From an uncultured Gammaproteobacteria bacterium (lineage in GTDB: Bacteria; Patescibacteriota; Microgenomatia; CAZETR01; Amesbacteraceae), in assembly GCA_964633995.1 (NCBI GenBank), contig CAZWKN010000001.1, forward strand, positions 56,218 to 120,217: DNA of 64,000 nucleotides, given 5' to 3'. Every line of letters begins with the position of its first letter. Position 1 is the first letter of the stretch. Below the pieces are notes generated by a model. The model saw only the letters and a list, made by a program, of their open reading frames with translations, had not been told where the DNA came from and searched no databases. This document shows positions 17,620 to 26,005 of the stretch, piece after piece. A program made the translations under genes and the position numbers.

Positions 17620-18574
17620 TATTGACGAAAGATTTAAGCGAGTGACGCTGGGGTTGTCTTGCAGGCGGTTGGTGATTTTGGCGGGGGGTAATTCGTCTGA
17701 GGCCGAAGTGTCAAAAGTTACCGGGAGGCGGGTGCATGAGGTGCTGGAAAAAACTGGACTGGATACTGAATTGGTGGATCCAGATGGTTTTCGTATACTA
17801 GACTGGGAAGCGAAACTGAAAAACGTAGGAATGGTGTTTGTTGCCATGCACGGGGGTTGGGGGGAAAATGGTCAGTTGCAGGGTTTGTTAGATAGGTTTG
17901 GGGTTGTATATACTGGCTCTGGGGTGGAAGGAAGTTGCCTGGGTATGGATAAGCTTGCAAGTAAGAGAATTTGGCAAGCGATTGGTGTAAATACACCAGA
18001 GATTGTAGAGTTCCGAAATTGTAAAAAAACTGTTTTTCCTTTGGTGGTCAAGATAGCTGCCGAGGGATCTGGTAGGGGTGTATTTTTGGTAAAAAAGTTT
18101 GGGGAGTTGGAAAAACTGCTAATCAAATTAAAAGATAAAGAAAATGTGTTTATTGAACGGTATGTTGGAGGTCGGGAAATAAGTTCGATGGTAGTCGAAG
18201 AAAGAGGGGTGTGTGTTGTGTTACCGATTTTGGAAGCAAAGTTTAAACAGGATTTTTTTGATTACGACGCACGTTATCAGAATAAGGGGCACGCCAGAGA
18301 GGTGCCGGCCAGGTTGGCTTTGGGTGTCAGAAAAAAGATCGAGGATGACTCGATTAAAGCGTTTCGAGCCTTAAATTTACGCGATTATGCACGTTTTGAT
18401 ATCCGTTTGGGAAACAATAGCGTGCCGTATTTTTTAGAGGCGACAAGTTTGCCCGGCATGACCACTACAAGTTGGATGCCGGCAATGTTTGAGGCGGCAG
18501 GTGTTGATTTTGAGCATTTGGTAAAGTATTTGGTTTGTTTGGCATGGGAAAGGGGAAAGAATGAAAAAGTATGA
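17600..18574 (+). CDS. ddl: D-alanine--D-alanine ligase
   Basis: ATP-grasp enzyme. N-terminal LAGGNSSEAEVS motif; the LEATSLPGMT C-terminal motif; the omega-loop Tyr is present (DARYQ), indicating D-Ala-D-Ala rather than D-Ala-D-Lac specificity. Confidence 0.8.
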   Translation: MDLSQNNIDERFKRVTLGLSCRRLVILAGGNSSEAEVSKVTGRRVHEVLEKTGLDTELVDPDGFRILDWEAKLKNVGMVFVAMHGGWGENGQLQGLLDRFGVVYTGSGVEGSCLGMDKLASKRIWQAIGVNTPEIVEFRNCKKTVFPLVVKIAAEGSGRGVFLVKKFGELEKLLIKLKDKENVFIERYVGGREISSMVVEERGVCVVLPILEAKFKQDFFDYDARYQNKGHAREVPARLALGVRKKIEDDSIKAFRALNLRDYARFDIRLGNNSVPYFLEATSLPGMTTTSWMPAMFEAAGVDFEHLVKYLVCLAWERGKNEKV

Positions 18575-19349
18575 CTTGAGTAAGCTCGCTTTGGGATATG
18601 AGGCTAAACGGGCTATTCCACTCCAAGTCGAGAATGAGATTGTCCGTTTTGTGAAGAAATGGTTGAGATTTCGGGATGGAAAGTATTGGGATTTGGGTTG
18701 TGGTTCCGGAAGAATAATGGTTCCCTTGGCTAAGAGGTTATCGATGTCAAGGTGGGTGGGGGTGGATGTATCCCCCGAGATGGTAAGTAAATGCCAAGAA
18801 AAAATTGAGGAGGAAGGGTTATCAAAAAGGGTAATGATTAAATGTTTATCAATGGAAGACCCGGGGGTATTTGAGGGCAGTAGTTTGATAGATGGGATGC
18901 TTTTGTATCATTCATTTCATATGGTAAAAAATCGGGTTGAATTGGTGAAAGCAATTTATGACAAGTTGAGAAATGGTGGTCGGGTTGTTGTGGCCAATAC
19001 TACTCATAGTCAGTTGGCAACTACATTAAATTACAAGTGGTTGCCAGAGGTGCTTGAGTGGGAATATTTAAGAACTCCGGACGGCCCCGATGTGATTAAA
19101 GTGTTTCGAGAAAACGGTTTTGATTTGAAAGCAGTGAAGGAGATATGTATTAAAAAAAGCTTTAGATCAATTTCCGAATGGATTGTTTGGCTATCTGGTA
19201 GGCCAATATCCGCTTTGACATTTTGGTCGGATAGTGAACTTAGGGAGAAGCTTGATGAATTAAAACAGAAAGTGATCTTGGAGATGGGAGATCCTGAATT
19301 GGAATATGCTTATGATTTTCATACGTTATATGTGTTTGAAAAAGTATGA
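18561..19349 (+). CDS. Class I SAM-dependent methyltransferase
   Basis: Motif I DLGCGSGR. Confidence 0.6.
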   Translation: MKKYDLSKLALGYEAKRAIPLQVENEIVRFVKKWLRFRDGKYWDLGCGSGRIMVPLAKRLSMSRWVGVDVSPEMVSKCQEKIEEEGLSKRVMIKCLSMEDPGVFEGSSLIDGMLLYHSFHMVKNRVELVKAIYDKLRNGGRVVVANTTHSQLATTLNYKWLPEVLEWEYLRTPDGPDVIKVFRENGFDLKAVKEICIKKSFRSISEWIVWLSGRPISALTFWSDSELREKLDELKQKVILEMGDPELEYAYDFHTLYVFEKV

Positions 19350-19981
19350 TTTTAGAAATTCCAGAAGCTATAAAAAGGGTTCAAGGTGGAGAAATGTTGA
19401 TAGTTGTTGATGATGAAGACCGGGAGAATGAAGGAGATTTGTTTGTGGCGACTGAGAAAATAGATCCGGATAAAGTTAATTTCATGGCTACTTATGGTAA
19501 GGGGTTGATTTGTGTTAGTTTGCCGCAAAGTAGACTGGAGAAGTTAAATATTCCGCCGATGGTTCTGAATAACAGTTCAGTGCATCAGACTGCTTTTCAT
19601 TTGTCGTGTGAAGCTCGACACGGAACAACGACGGGAATTTCGGCTTATGATCGGGCATTGACGATGCAAAAAATAATCGAGGTGGGGGTTACTGGGGACG
19701 ATTTTGTTTTTCCGGGTCACGTTTTTCCTTTAGCTGCAAAAAGAGGTGGGGTTATTGAGCGGACTGGTCACACCGAAGCATCGGCAGATTTTGCTGCGTT
19801 GGCGGGGTGTAAACCTTCTGGAGTGATTGTTGAGATAATGGATGACGATGGAAGGATGGCGCGAATGTCTAAATTGGAGACTATTTCGATTAGGTTTAAT
19901 ATTGGAATTGTAACCATAAAATCCTTGGTCGAGTACAGACGTGCAAAAAATCTTACTGATTCTCTTTACGTCGATTGGTAA
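19346..19981 (+). CDS. ribB: 3,4-dihydroxy-2-butanone 4-phosphate synthase
   Basis: DDEDRENEGDL signature and overall length. Confidence 0.8.
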   Translation: MILEIPEAIKRVQGGEMLIVVDDEDRENEGDLFVATEKIDPDKVNFMATYGKGLICVSLPQSRLEKLNIPPMVLNNSSVHQTAFHLSCEARHGTTTGISAYDRALTMQKIIEVGVTGDDFVFPGHVFPLAAKRGGVIERTGHTEASADFAALAGCKPSGVIVEIMDDDGRMARMSKLETISIRFNIGIVTIKSLVEYRRAKNLTDSLYVDW

Positions 19982-19990
19982 AATACTATT

Positions 19991-20710
19991 GTGCAGAAAG
20001 TAATTGGAGAAATATTGGTTAATTATCAGGTGGTAGGGAGTGGGAAAAAGGATATGGTGGTACTTCATGGTTGGCAGGCAAGCATTGAGGAGTGGAAGAG
20101 GGTGGCTGACAACTTTTCGGAAGATGGCTACCGGGTGTTTCTCATAGATTTGCCCGGGTTTGGAGGAACCAGCCGGGTTCAAAGTGATTGGGGGGCGTAT
20201 GAGTATGCAGATTTTGTGGTGGAGTTTTGTAAAACGATGGGGGTAAAAAATCCGGTGGTAATAGGGCATTCGTTTGGGGGAAGAGTGGCCATTGTTTTGG
20301 CCGGTTTTAAAAAAATAGCCATATCCAGGTTGGTGTTGGTGGATGCGGCTGGAATGGAGATGAAAAGTTTAAAAACCAGAATGGTTAGGGTTTTGGCTCC
20401 GTGGTTCAGATGGTTACCGAAAAATATCAAAAGGATCTTGGGGTCGGCCGATTATAAAAATTCAGGAAACATGATGGAAATATTTAAGAAAGTTATTAAT
20501 CAGCCATTGCGCTACTTGCTGCCGGAGATAAAAGTGCCTACGGTGGTGGTGTGGGGTGAGCGGGATAGTATACTTCCGCTGTCCGAGGCCAAGATGATTC
20601 ATAAGGGTATCTTGGGGTCAGTGTTTCGGATTGTGTGGGGTGCAGGGCATAGTCCGCATGTGGAAAAACTTGATGAGTTTATTCAGATATTAAAGGAAGA
20701 AGGAATATGA
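19991..20710 (+). CDS. Alpha/beta-hydrolase fold protein
   Basis: GHSFGG nucleophile elbow, downstream Asp/His. Confidence 0.6.
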   Translation: MQKVIGEILVNYQVVGSGKKDMVVLHGWQASIEEWKRVADNFSEDGYRVFLIDLPGFGGTSRVQSDWGAYEYADFVVEFCKTMGVKNPVVIGHSFGGRVAIVLAGFKKIAISRLVLVDAAGMEMKSLKTRMVRVLAPWFRWLPKNIKRILGSADYKNSGNMMEIFKKVINQPLRYLLPEIKVPTVVVWGERDSILPLSEAKMIHKGILGSVFRIVWGAGHSPHVEKLDEFIQILKEEGI

Positions 20711-21897
20711 AGAATCTATTACTTTATCTAAACATCTTGCAGATTGAGGAGTATCAGGTCGATCGGTTTATTAGTTGGGTCAAAAGTCATCCCAACCCCA
20801 AGCCTCTGGAGGGTAAAAAACCGATAGTGTGGACATTGAAATTGAAATTAGTGTATTGGTTTAGCTTGGTTGTGTGGCCAGTTACATATTTTTGGCCGTG
20901 GATTGGTTTGGCAATGGGGACGACACTGATACATGTATTTGAGAGATGGGTTTTGGAGTATAGAAAAAAGCAGACCAAATTAAAAATAGCCGGACTAAAA
21001 AAGACGGGACTTAGGGTGGTGGGAATCTCTGGAAGTTTTGGTAAGACCAGCACAAAAGAGGTGTTGTATACATTGCTGCAGGGAAAATACCGCGTTTACA
21101 GGACCCCCGAAAGTTTTAATACGGTAAAAGGAATTGTTAAAGCGGTTGACCTTGAATTAGATGAGGGCTATGAAATATTTATTTGCGAGATGGGGGAATA
21201 CAAACCCGGAGACGTAAAAGAACTGTGTGAGATGGTGGATCCGGATATGGGTATTGTTACCGGCGTAAACGAGCAACATGGAGAAAGGATGGGGGGGGTG
21301 GAGAAAGCCAGGGCTACTGTATTGGAGCTGGCGGATTGGGTGGCTACTAAAAATGGTTTGGTAGTAGTAAATGGCAAAAGTGTAACTGGAACAGGCTATT
21401 TGGAATATGGAAAGAACGTTTACAGGACACCTTTGGAGCAAAATGTCGAAGGGGCTGGGATAGTGGCCGCCAAGCTTGGTATTACACCAAAAGAAATAAA
21501 GGAGCGAACGAAATTAATTAAGCCTGTTAGGCATCGGTTGGAGGTTAAGAAACATGGAGAGTTGACAATATTGGACGATACTTACAATTCAAATCCGGAT
21601 GGGTTTGCTGTTGCAATTACGTATTTGGGGGATTTTTCCGCTCCAAGGGTAGTGGTTACGCCAGGGATAGTGGAACTTGGAAGCGAGAGTGGGCGTGTGC
21701 ATCGGGAATTGGGGACGAAAATGACAGGAGTGGTGGATTTGCTGGTTTTGGTGGGCAAAAACGAGCGGACAGAGGCCCTGGTGAGTACTTTTAAGGGTAA
21801 GTGTGTGTTTGTTTCGAGTGTGAACGAATGGCGCGATGTGGTTTCCCTAGATAAGGGAGCGATTCTTTTTGAAAACGATTTGCCGGACAATTATTAA
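20707..21897 (+). CDS. Mur ligase family protein (MurF-like) with an unusual N-terminal ~100-aa transmembrane region
   Basis: Mur P-loop GISGSFGKTSTKE (compare MurF ITGSNGKTTTKEM); downstream of ddl; two hydrophobic helices at the N-terminus. Confidence 0.55.
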   Translation: MKNLLLYLNILQIEEYQVDRFISWVKSHPNPKPLEGKKPIVWTLKLKLVYWFSLVVWPVTYFWPWIGLAMGTTLIHVFERWVLEYRKKQTKLKIAGLKKTGLRVVGISGSFGKTSTKEVLYTLLQGKYRVYRTPESFNTVKGIVKAVDLELDEGYEIFICEMGEYKPGDVKELCEMVDPDMGIVTGVNEQHGERMGGVEKARATVLELADWVATKNGLVVVNGKSVTGTGYLEYGKNVYRTPLEQNVEGAGIVAAKLGITPKEIKERTKLIKPVRHRLEVKKHGELTILDDTYNSNPDGFAVAITYLGDFSAPRVVVTPGIVELGSESGRVHRELGTKMTGVVDLLVLVGKNERTEALVSTFKGKCVFVSSVNEWRDVVSLDKGAILFENDLPDNY

Positions 21898-21916
21898 ATG
21901 TGTTAAAATCCTTCGC

Positions 21917-22159
21917 ATGGCATATATGTGTGATTATTGCGGTAAGGGTGTGCAGTATGGTGAAACAGGTGTTCACGGGCGTGGTGTGGCGGGTGGAAGG
22001 TGGAAAAAGAGAGCTCAAAAGACCAGGAAAGTGTTTAAGCCGAATTTGCACTATAGAAAAGTAACTATTAAGGGTGAGGCAATTAGGGTTAGGTTGTGCA
22101 CCAAGTGTTTGAGAAAGATCGGGAGTCTGGATGAGAAAAAGTGGGTAGCGGCAGCATAG
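21917..22159 (+). CDS. rpmB: 50S ribosomal protein L28
   Basis: MAYMCDYCGKG...RKVFKPNL...RVRLCTKCLR. The internal Met of track ORF 21869..22159 was chosen by homology. Confidence 0.75.
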   Translation: MAYMCDYCGKGVQYGETGVHGRGVAGGRWKKRAQKTRKVFKPNLHYRKVTIKGEAIRVRLCTKCLRKIGSLDEKKWVAAA

Positions 22160-22225
22160 GATAGTTTTTGTGAAGAGGCGTTCACTGGATTTTGACGGGG
22201 TATAGAGGGAGAATGTGGAATCTGT

Positions 22226-22594
22226 ATGAAGCAGCAGATCAAACAGTTACTTCTAACCCAAAAGGCAACTTTAGAGAAGGCTCTTGAAGGGGCACGGGAG
22301 GCTCAGCTAAGTGCCCCGTCTGCCATGGAGTCTCATTCTGATACAACTAGGTCGGAAAAAGAGAAATTGGTAACTGCATTGGAAGTGGATATAAAAAGGG
22401 TCAGGACTTTGATGCAAAAAATAGATGGTAAAGAGTCTGGTGATAAGTTGTGGGGAGTAAAGACGATTGAGGTTGGAGGAAAGCTACTTCAATGCTGTTT
22501 GGTGCCGTCTGGAATGGGGGGGATGAAAGTTGGCGATTTTCAGCTGGTGTCTGTGGATTCCCCGATGGGAAAAAGATTGTTGGATGAAATATGA
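22226..22594 (+). CDS. GreA/GreB-family-like transcription elongation factor (short)
   Basis: N-terminal coiled-coil and the C-terminal SPMGKRLL motif resembling the GreA ISxxSPxGxALLG. Confidence 0.45.
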   Translation: MKQQIKQLLLTQKATLEKALEGAREAQLSAPSAMESHSDTTRSEKEKLVTALEVDIKRVRTLMQKIDGKESGDKLWGVKTIEVGGKLLQCCLVPSGMGGMKVGDFQLVSVDSPMGKRLLDEI

Positions 22595-22636
22595 GGTGAA
22601 TGTAGATGGGGGGGACGGTTGGTATAAAATAGAGCG

Positions 22637-23323
22637 GTGAATCAAATACAAGCTGACATTCTTACGAGTTTGGCTAAGTGTGAACAAGGGCTGAGATATT
22701 CGCAAATCAAGCCGCGGGAACTTGAGAGCGATAAGTTTAATTACCATTTGCAGACACTGGTGGGAATGGCCTGGGTTGAAAAGAATGGAAATGTATACAC
22801 CCTGACGATTGAAGGAAAAAAGTTTGTTGCGAACATGGATTTGTTGGGCAACTTGAAACAGACGTTCAAAGTGTCGGTAGTGTTGTATGTCGTAAATGGC
22901 GCTAAAATTTTGGCACAAAAGAGACTGCGACATCCGTTTTTTGGAGATATTACTTCGGTGGCCGGCAAGGTATTGCCCGGAGAAAAAATAGAAGCTGCCG
23001 CAAGTAGGAAGTTGAAGGAGGAGACTGGTTTGGTGGGTAGTTTTAAACTGTTGGGTGTGCACAGAAAAATTAGAAAAACCAAACAAGGTGAGGTGATTGA
23101 AGATACTTTTTACAATGTGTGTGTATGTAGGCGTCCTGAAGGTGAATTGGAAGAAAAAAATATGTTTGGGGAAAATTTTTGGGTCGAGTTTGGACAGATG
23201 ATTGAATGGGAAAAGAAAAATGCGGACACGGGTAAAACCGATATAGAGATCATTGAAAGGATTAGAGATAACAATGATGAGTTGTTTTATTTTGAAGAAG
23301 AAACTGTGGTGGAGAGATATTAA
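22637..23323 (+). CDS. Winged-helix DNA-binding domain fused to a NUDIX hydrolase domain
   Basis: N-terminal wHTH-like 70 aa, then the Nudix box GEKIEAAASRKLKEETG; GTG start. Confidence 0.6.
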   Translation: MNQIQADILTSLAKCEQGLRYSQIKPRELESDKFNYHLQTLVGMAWVEKNGNVYTLTIEGKKFVANMDLLGNLKQTFKVSVVLYVVNGAKILAQKRLRHPFFGDITSVAGKVLPGEKIEAAASRKLKEETGLVGSFKLLGVHRKIRKTKQGEVIEDTFYNVCVCRRPEGELEEKNMFGENFWVEFGQMIEWEKKNADTGKTDIEIIERIRDNNDELFYFEEETVVERY

Positions 23324-24108
23324 GGTTTGATACGCTGTCCTTTTGGATCGATGCTCCAGATGCCAGGCCAACCTGAAAAGGCTCTAAGTTTTCTTTCAAT
23401 TTCTAAATTCGAAACTCTAAGCTCCAAATAATCCTTTAATTGTTTGTAGTCAATGAAACCGTCCTGGCGGGTGAGCTTGTGGGTGTAAGTCGCAAGACTG
23501 TCGTCTTGCTCTTTTAGTGCTAAGTGCGAAGTGCTAAGTGCTAAGGATAGAAATAGATCTGCTCCAAGTTCAAAGAGGCGATTACCCAACGTGATCCAGG
23601 TGTCGGTGGGCAAGATTGTATCTTTTTGGACGGCCACAATTGGGCCATGGTCCATTTTTTCGTCCATTTGGATAATGGTGACGCCGGTATCGGAAACGCC
23701 ATCTAATATCTGCTGTTGAAGAGGAGAAGCTCCTCTATATTTGGGTAGTAGCGAAGGGTGAATGTTGTAAATATGACCATTAAATTTATCCAAAATTTCT
23801 TTGGGGATTATCTTGCCGTAGGCGGCGACTAAGCCAACTATATCACCCTCTTCGGTTCCCCCTCTTAAATTCTCACTTTCGGCTCGTGCCTTCGTCGTAA
23901 GAGGGGGAAAGGGGGTGATATTTTCAATAACTGGAATGTCATTTTTTTGGGCAAATACTTTGACTGGGTTGGGGGTGAGCCTTAGATGTCTTCCGGCCGG
24001 TTTATCGGAGTTGGTAACAACACTTAGTACTTTGCACTTAGCACTTAGTACTTTCTCAAGGACTATGATGGAAAAGGGGGATGAGCCAAAAAAGACGATA
24101 TCTTGCAT
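23320..24108 (-). CDS. fmt: Methionyl-tRNA formyltransferase
   Basis: N-terminal formyltransferase fold, the HPSLLPKYRG motif, and a C-terminal domain; adjacent to def. Confidence 0.85.
   Translation of the reverse strand: MQDIVFFGSSPFSIIVLEKVLSAKCKVLSVVTNSDKPAGRHLRLTPNPVKVFAQKNDIPVIENITPFPPLTTKARAESENLRGGTEEGDIVGLVAAYGKIIPKEILDKFNGHIYNIHPSLLPKYRGASPLQQQILDGVSDTGVTIIQMDEKMDHGPIVAVQKDTILPTDTWITLGNRLFELGADLFLSLALSTSHLALKEQDDSLATYTHKLTRQDGFIDYKQLKDYLELRVSNLEIERKLRAFSGWPGIWSIDPKGQRIKP
23516..23550 (+). repeat. Heptamer array: AGTGCTA AGTGCGA AGTGCTA AGTGCTA AGGATAG (inside fmt)
   Basis: Read directly from the sequence. Confidence 0.75.
24021..24055 (-). repeat. Heptamer array in the opposite orientation: CACTTAG TACTTTG CACTTAG CACTTAG TACTTTC. 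It lies inside fmt and encodes EKVLSAKCKVLSV.
   Basis: Read directly from the sequence. Confidence 0.75.
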
Positions 24109-24125
24109 GGGAGAATTATACCAAG

Positions 24126-24545
24126 TTAGTCGTCGTCCCCTTCTGGTGGTTTATCTTTCTTTTTCTCCCTTTTGGGTCGGATTCGTTTACTTGCGAACTC
24201 ATCTCGGATGGTCGTTAATCCTTCTAGAAGGTCCTCAACATTGGTAATTTGGTCGTCGATATCCCCAACTTTTTTATCCACGCCTCGATCGTTATCAGAA
24301 ATACTAACATGATTGAATGCGTTTAGGACTAAATATAATGAAGAAAGTGCTACAGCACCGAAGGCGATTAAGTTGGCTGCGTCAAGAGTGGGGGAATCAA
24401 TTCTCATTCCATGTTGGGCGGCTAGATTTTGAAGGCCTGTAGAAATAGCCATTTCCGCAAGACCCAAGACAATTAAGCCAATTGCAACTTTAGTTGGTGT
24501 TGAGAAACCACTTTTTTCAAGTTTTTGATCTGAATCTTTTGTCAT
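24126..24545 (-). CDS. Hypothetical 2-TM protein with an acidic/Lys-rich tail
   Basis: 139-aa ORF. Confidence 0.4.
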   Translation of the reverse strand: MTKDSDQKLEKSGFSTPTKVAIGLIVLGLAEMAISTGLQNLAAQHGMRIDSPTLDAANLIAFGAVALSSLYLVLNAFNHVSISDNDRGVDKKVGDIDDQITNVEDLLEGLTTIRDEFASKRIRPKREKKKDKPPEGDDD

Positions 24546-24550
24546 GTGAT

Positions 24551-25429
24551 TTACCTTCCTTGTTTTCTATAACTTGCGAATCGTTTGGCGCGTTTTCGGC
24601 GATTTTCTAGTCCGATATTTTTTTGTGATCTACCATGAGAAATGGGGTGATCTTGGACATTCTGGATGATCCCGGGTACTTCGTTTTTGGTGATACTAGG
24701 ACCGTGGGAGGTAAGTGCTCGAACGATTGCGGAGTGAGCTAGTTGGGGATCGGTTCTTGCTGTTTCAGAAAACAAAGATTCAAGTTGACCCAATGGAGTT
24801 TCTCCAAGTATAAAACTGTCTTGTCCTCTGCCGGTTAAGGATTTATTTAATCTTCGAAAAATTTGCAAATTTAATTCTTGGGTTTCTGGGTCAACGGTCG
24901 ATGGATGGAAACCGGATTTTATTCTTTTTACTCCTTTATAAAGTAAAAAACCCGCCAATCCAAGAGCAGCACTTGAAAGGCAAAAACCCAATGCACTGAT
25001 TGTTTTTGTCCCCACTAATTCTGTGGCAAATTCGCCAAGAGTCACCGTTTTGAGTGTGTCGGTTGTAACATTGGAGGAATCGAGTTGATTATCGTTAGTC
25101 GTTGTCGAATTTAGGGGTTTTGGGTCGCCCGTTTCGGGTACTGGGTTTTGGGGTGGGATGAAATTGGGGTTGCTGCAGGTTTCTGGAGTAAGGATGGTGG
25201 CATAAAGAGTCCCACTGATCTCCTCAAGTTTTATTTGACAAGTAGTGGGGTCTGCTCCTGCGTGCCAGGCTAGGGAATTTTTAAAATCGCCTTCGTTTAG
25301 GCCAATTGGGCCAGAGGCGCTTACCCCACCTACTGCGGAGGTTCTGATCCCTTTGGGATCGGTACAAACCGGCTCTTGCCAGACACTACACGCCTGGACA
25401 GTTTGAGGAGCTTGAGCTTCGGTGAGCAT
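24551..25429 (-). CDS. Hypothetical secreted/membrane protein
   Basis: 292 aa, Cys-containing N-terminal region, one TM helix. Confidence 0.4.
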   Translation of the reverse strand: MLTEAQAPQTVQACSVWQEPVCTDPKGIRTSAVGGVSASGPIGLNEGDFKNSLAWHAGADPTTCQIKLEEISGTLYATILTPETCSNPNFIPPQNPVPETGDPKPLNSTTTNDNQLDSSNVTTDTLKTVTLGEFATELVGTKTISALGFCLSSAALGLAGFLLYKGVKRIKSGFHPSTVDPETQELNLQIFRRLNKSLTGRGQDSFILGETPLGQLESLFSETARTDPQLAHSAIVRALTSHGPSITKNEVPGIIQNVQDHPISHGRSQKNIGLENRRKRAKRFASYRKQGR

Positions 25430-25461
25430 GCCCTATAGTATACACCTAAAGTAAAAAATGT

Positions 25462-26001
25462 CTAGATGGATACCTCTTCCCAGTCTTTTCCGGTGACGTG
25501 GAAGATTTTGGAATCTTGTTCAAGTGCCCGGTCGATGAAAAGGATGCCGTTTAAATGATCCATTTCGTGTTGGATGATATGCGCAGAGAATCCTGAAAAG
25601 GATTCTTGCACAGGACTAAGTGTTAAGGGCGAAGTGCTAAGTGTCTGGTACTTTACGGTGACGCTTAGGGAGCGTTTGATGGGAGAATAGTGGGCGGGAA
25701 TGGATAAGCAGCCTTCATAAACCCCGTTTTTAGTATCTGGGATTTGGAGGCGTTGGGAGTACTTGATGATTTCTGGGTTAATGAAAAGCTGGGGCTTTTT
25801 TTTGGGATTGGGGCGAATAAAGAATATGCGGAGGGAAATGCCTACTTGGGGAGCTGCAAGGCCGACCCCGACCGGGTTTTTGGCAGCCAGCAAGACTTTT
25901 TGCATGTGGGAAATGATGTCCAACACTTTTTTATCAAGTGTGGTGACAGATTTGGCGACTTGGCGAAGAACGGGTTCGGGAACTGTAACTATGTCTGACA
26001 T
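25462..26001 (-). CDS. def: Peptide deformylase
   Basis: GxGLAAPQ, EGCLS, and HEMDHLNG motifs. Confidence 0.9.
   Translation of the reverse strand: MSDIVTVPEPVLRQVAKSVTTLDKKVLDIISHMQKVLLAAKNPVGVGLAAPQVGISLRIFFIRPNPKKKPQLFINPEIIKYSQRLQIPDTKNGVYEGCLSIPAHYSPIKRSLSVTVKYQTLSTSPLTLSPVQESFSGFSAHIIQHEMDHLNGILFIDRALEQDSKIFHVTGKDWEEVSI
25612..25646 (+). repeat. Heptamer array: AGGACTA AGTGTTA AGGGCGA AGTGCTA AGTGTCT (inside def)
   Basis: Read directly from the sequence. Confidence 0.7.
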
Positions 26002-26005
26002 GAGC

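Noticed and set aside
17600-18574. ddl as a VanA-type D-Ala-D-Lac ligase (vancomycin-resistance cluster with the VanX-like gene)
   Set aside because: The omega-loop Tyr is retained (DARYQ). No vanH-like dehydrogenase or vanRS is nearby. A housekeeping ddl fits better.
22484-23371. 295-aa minus-strand ORF in the track
   Set aside because: It runs antisense across two well-supported + genes (the GreA-like gene and the wHTH-NUDIX gene). Its low-complexity composition and lack of motifs point to an antisense artefact.
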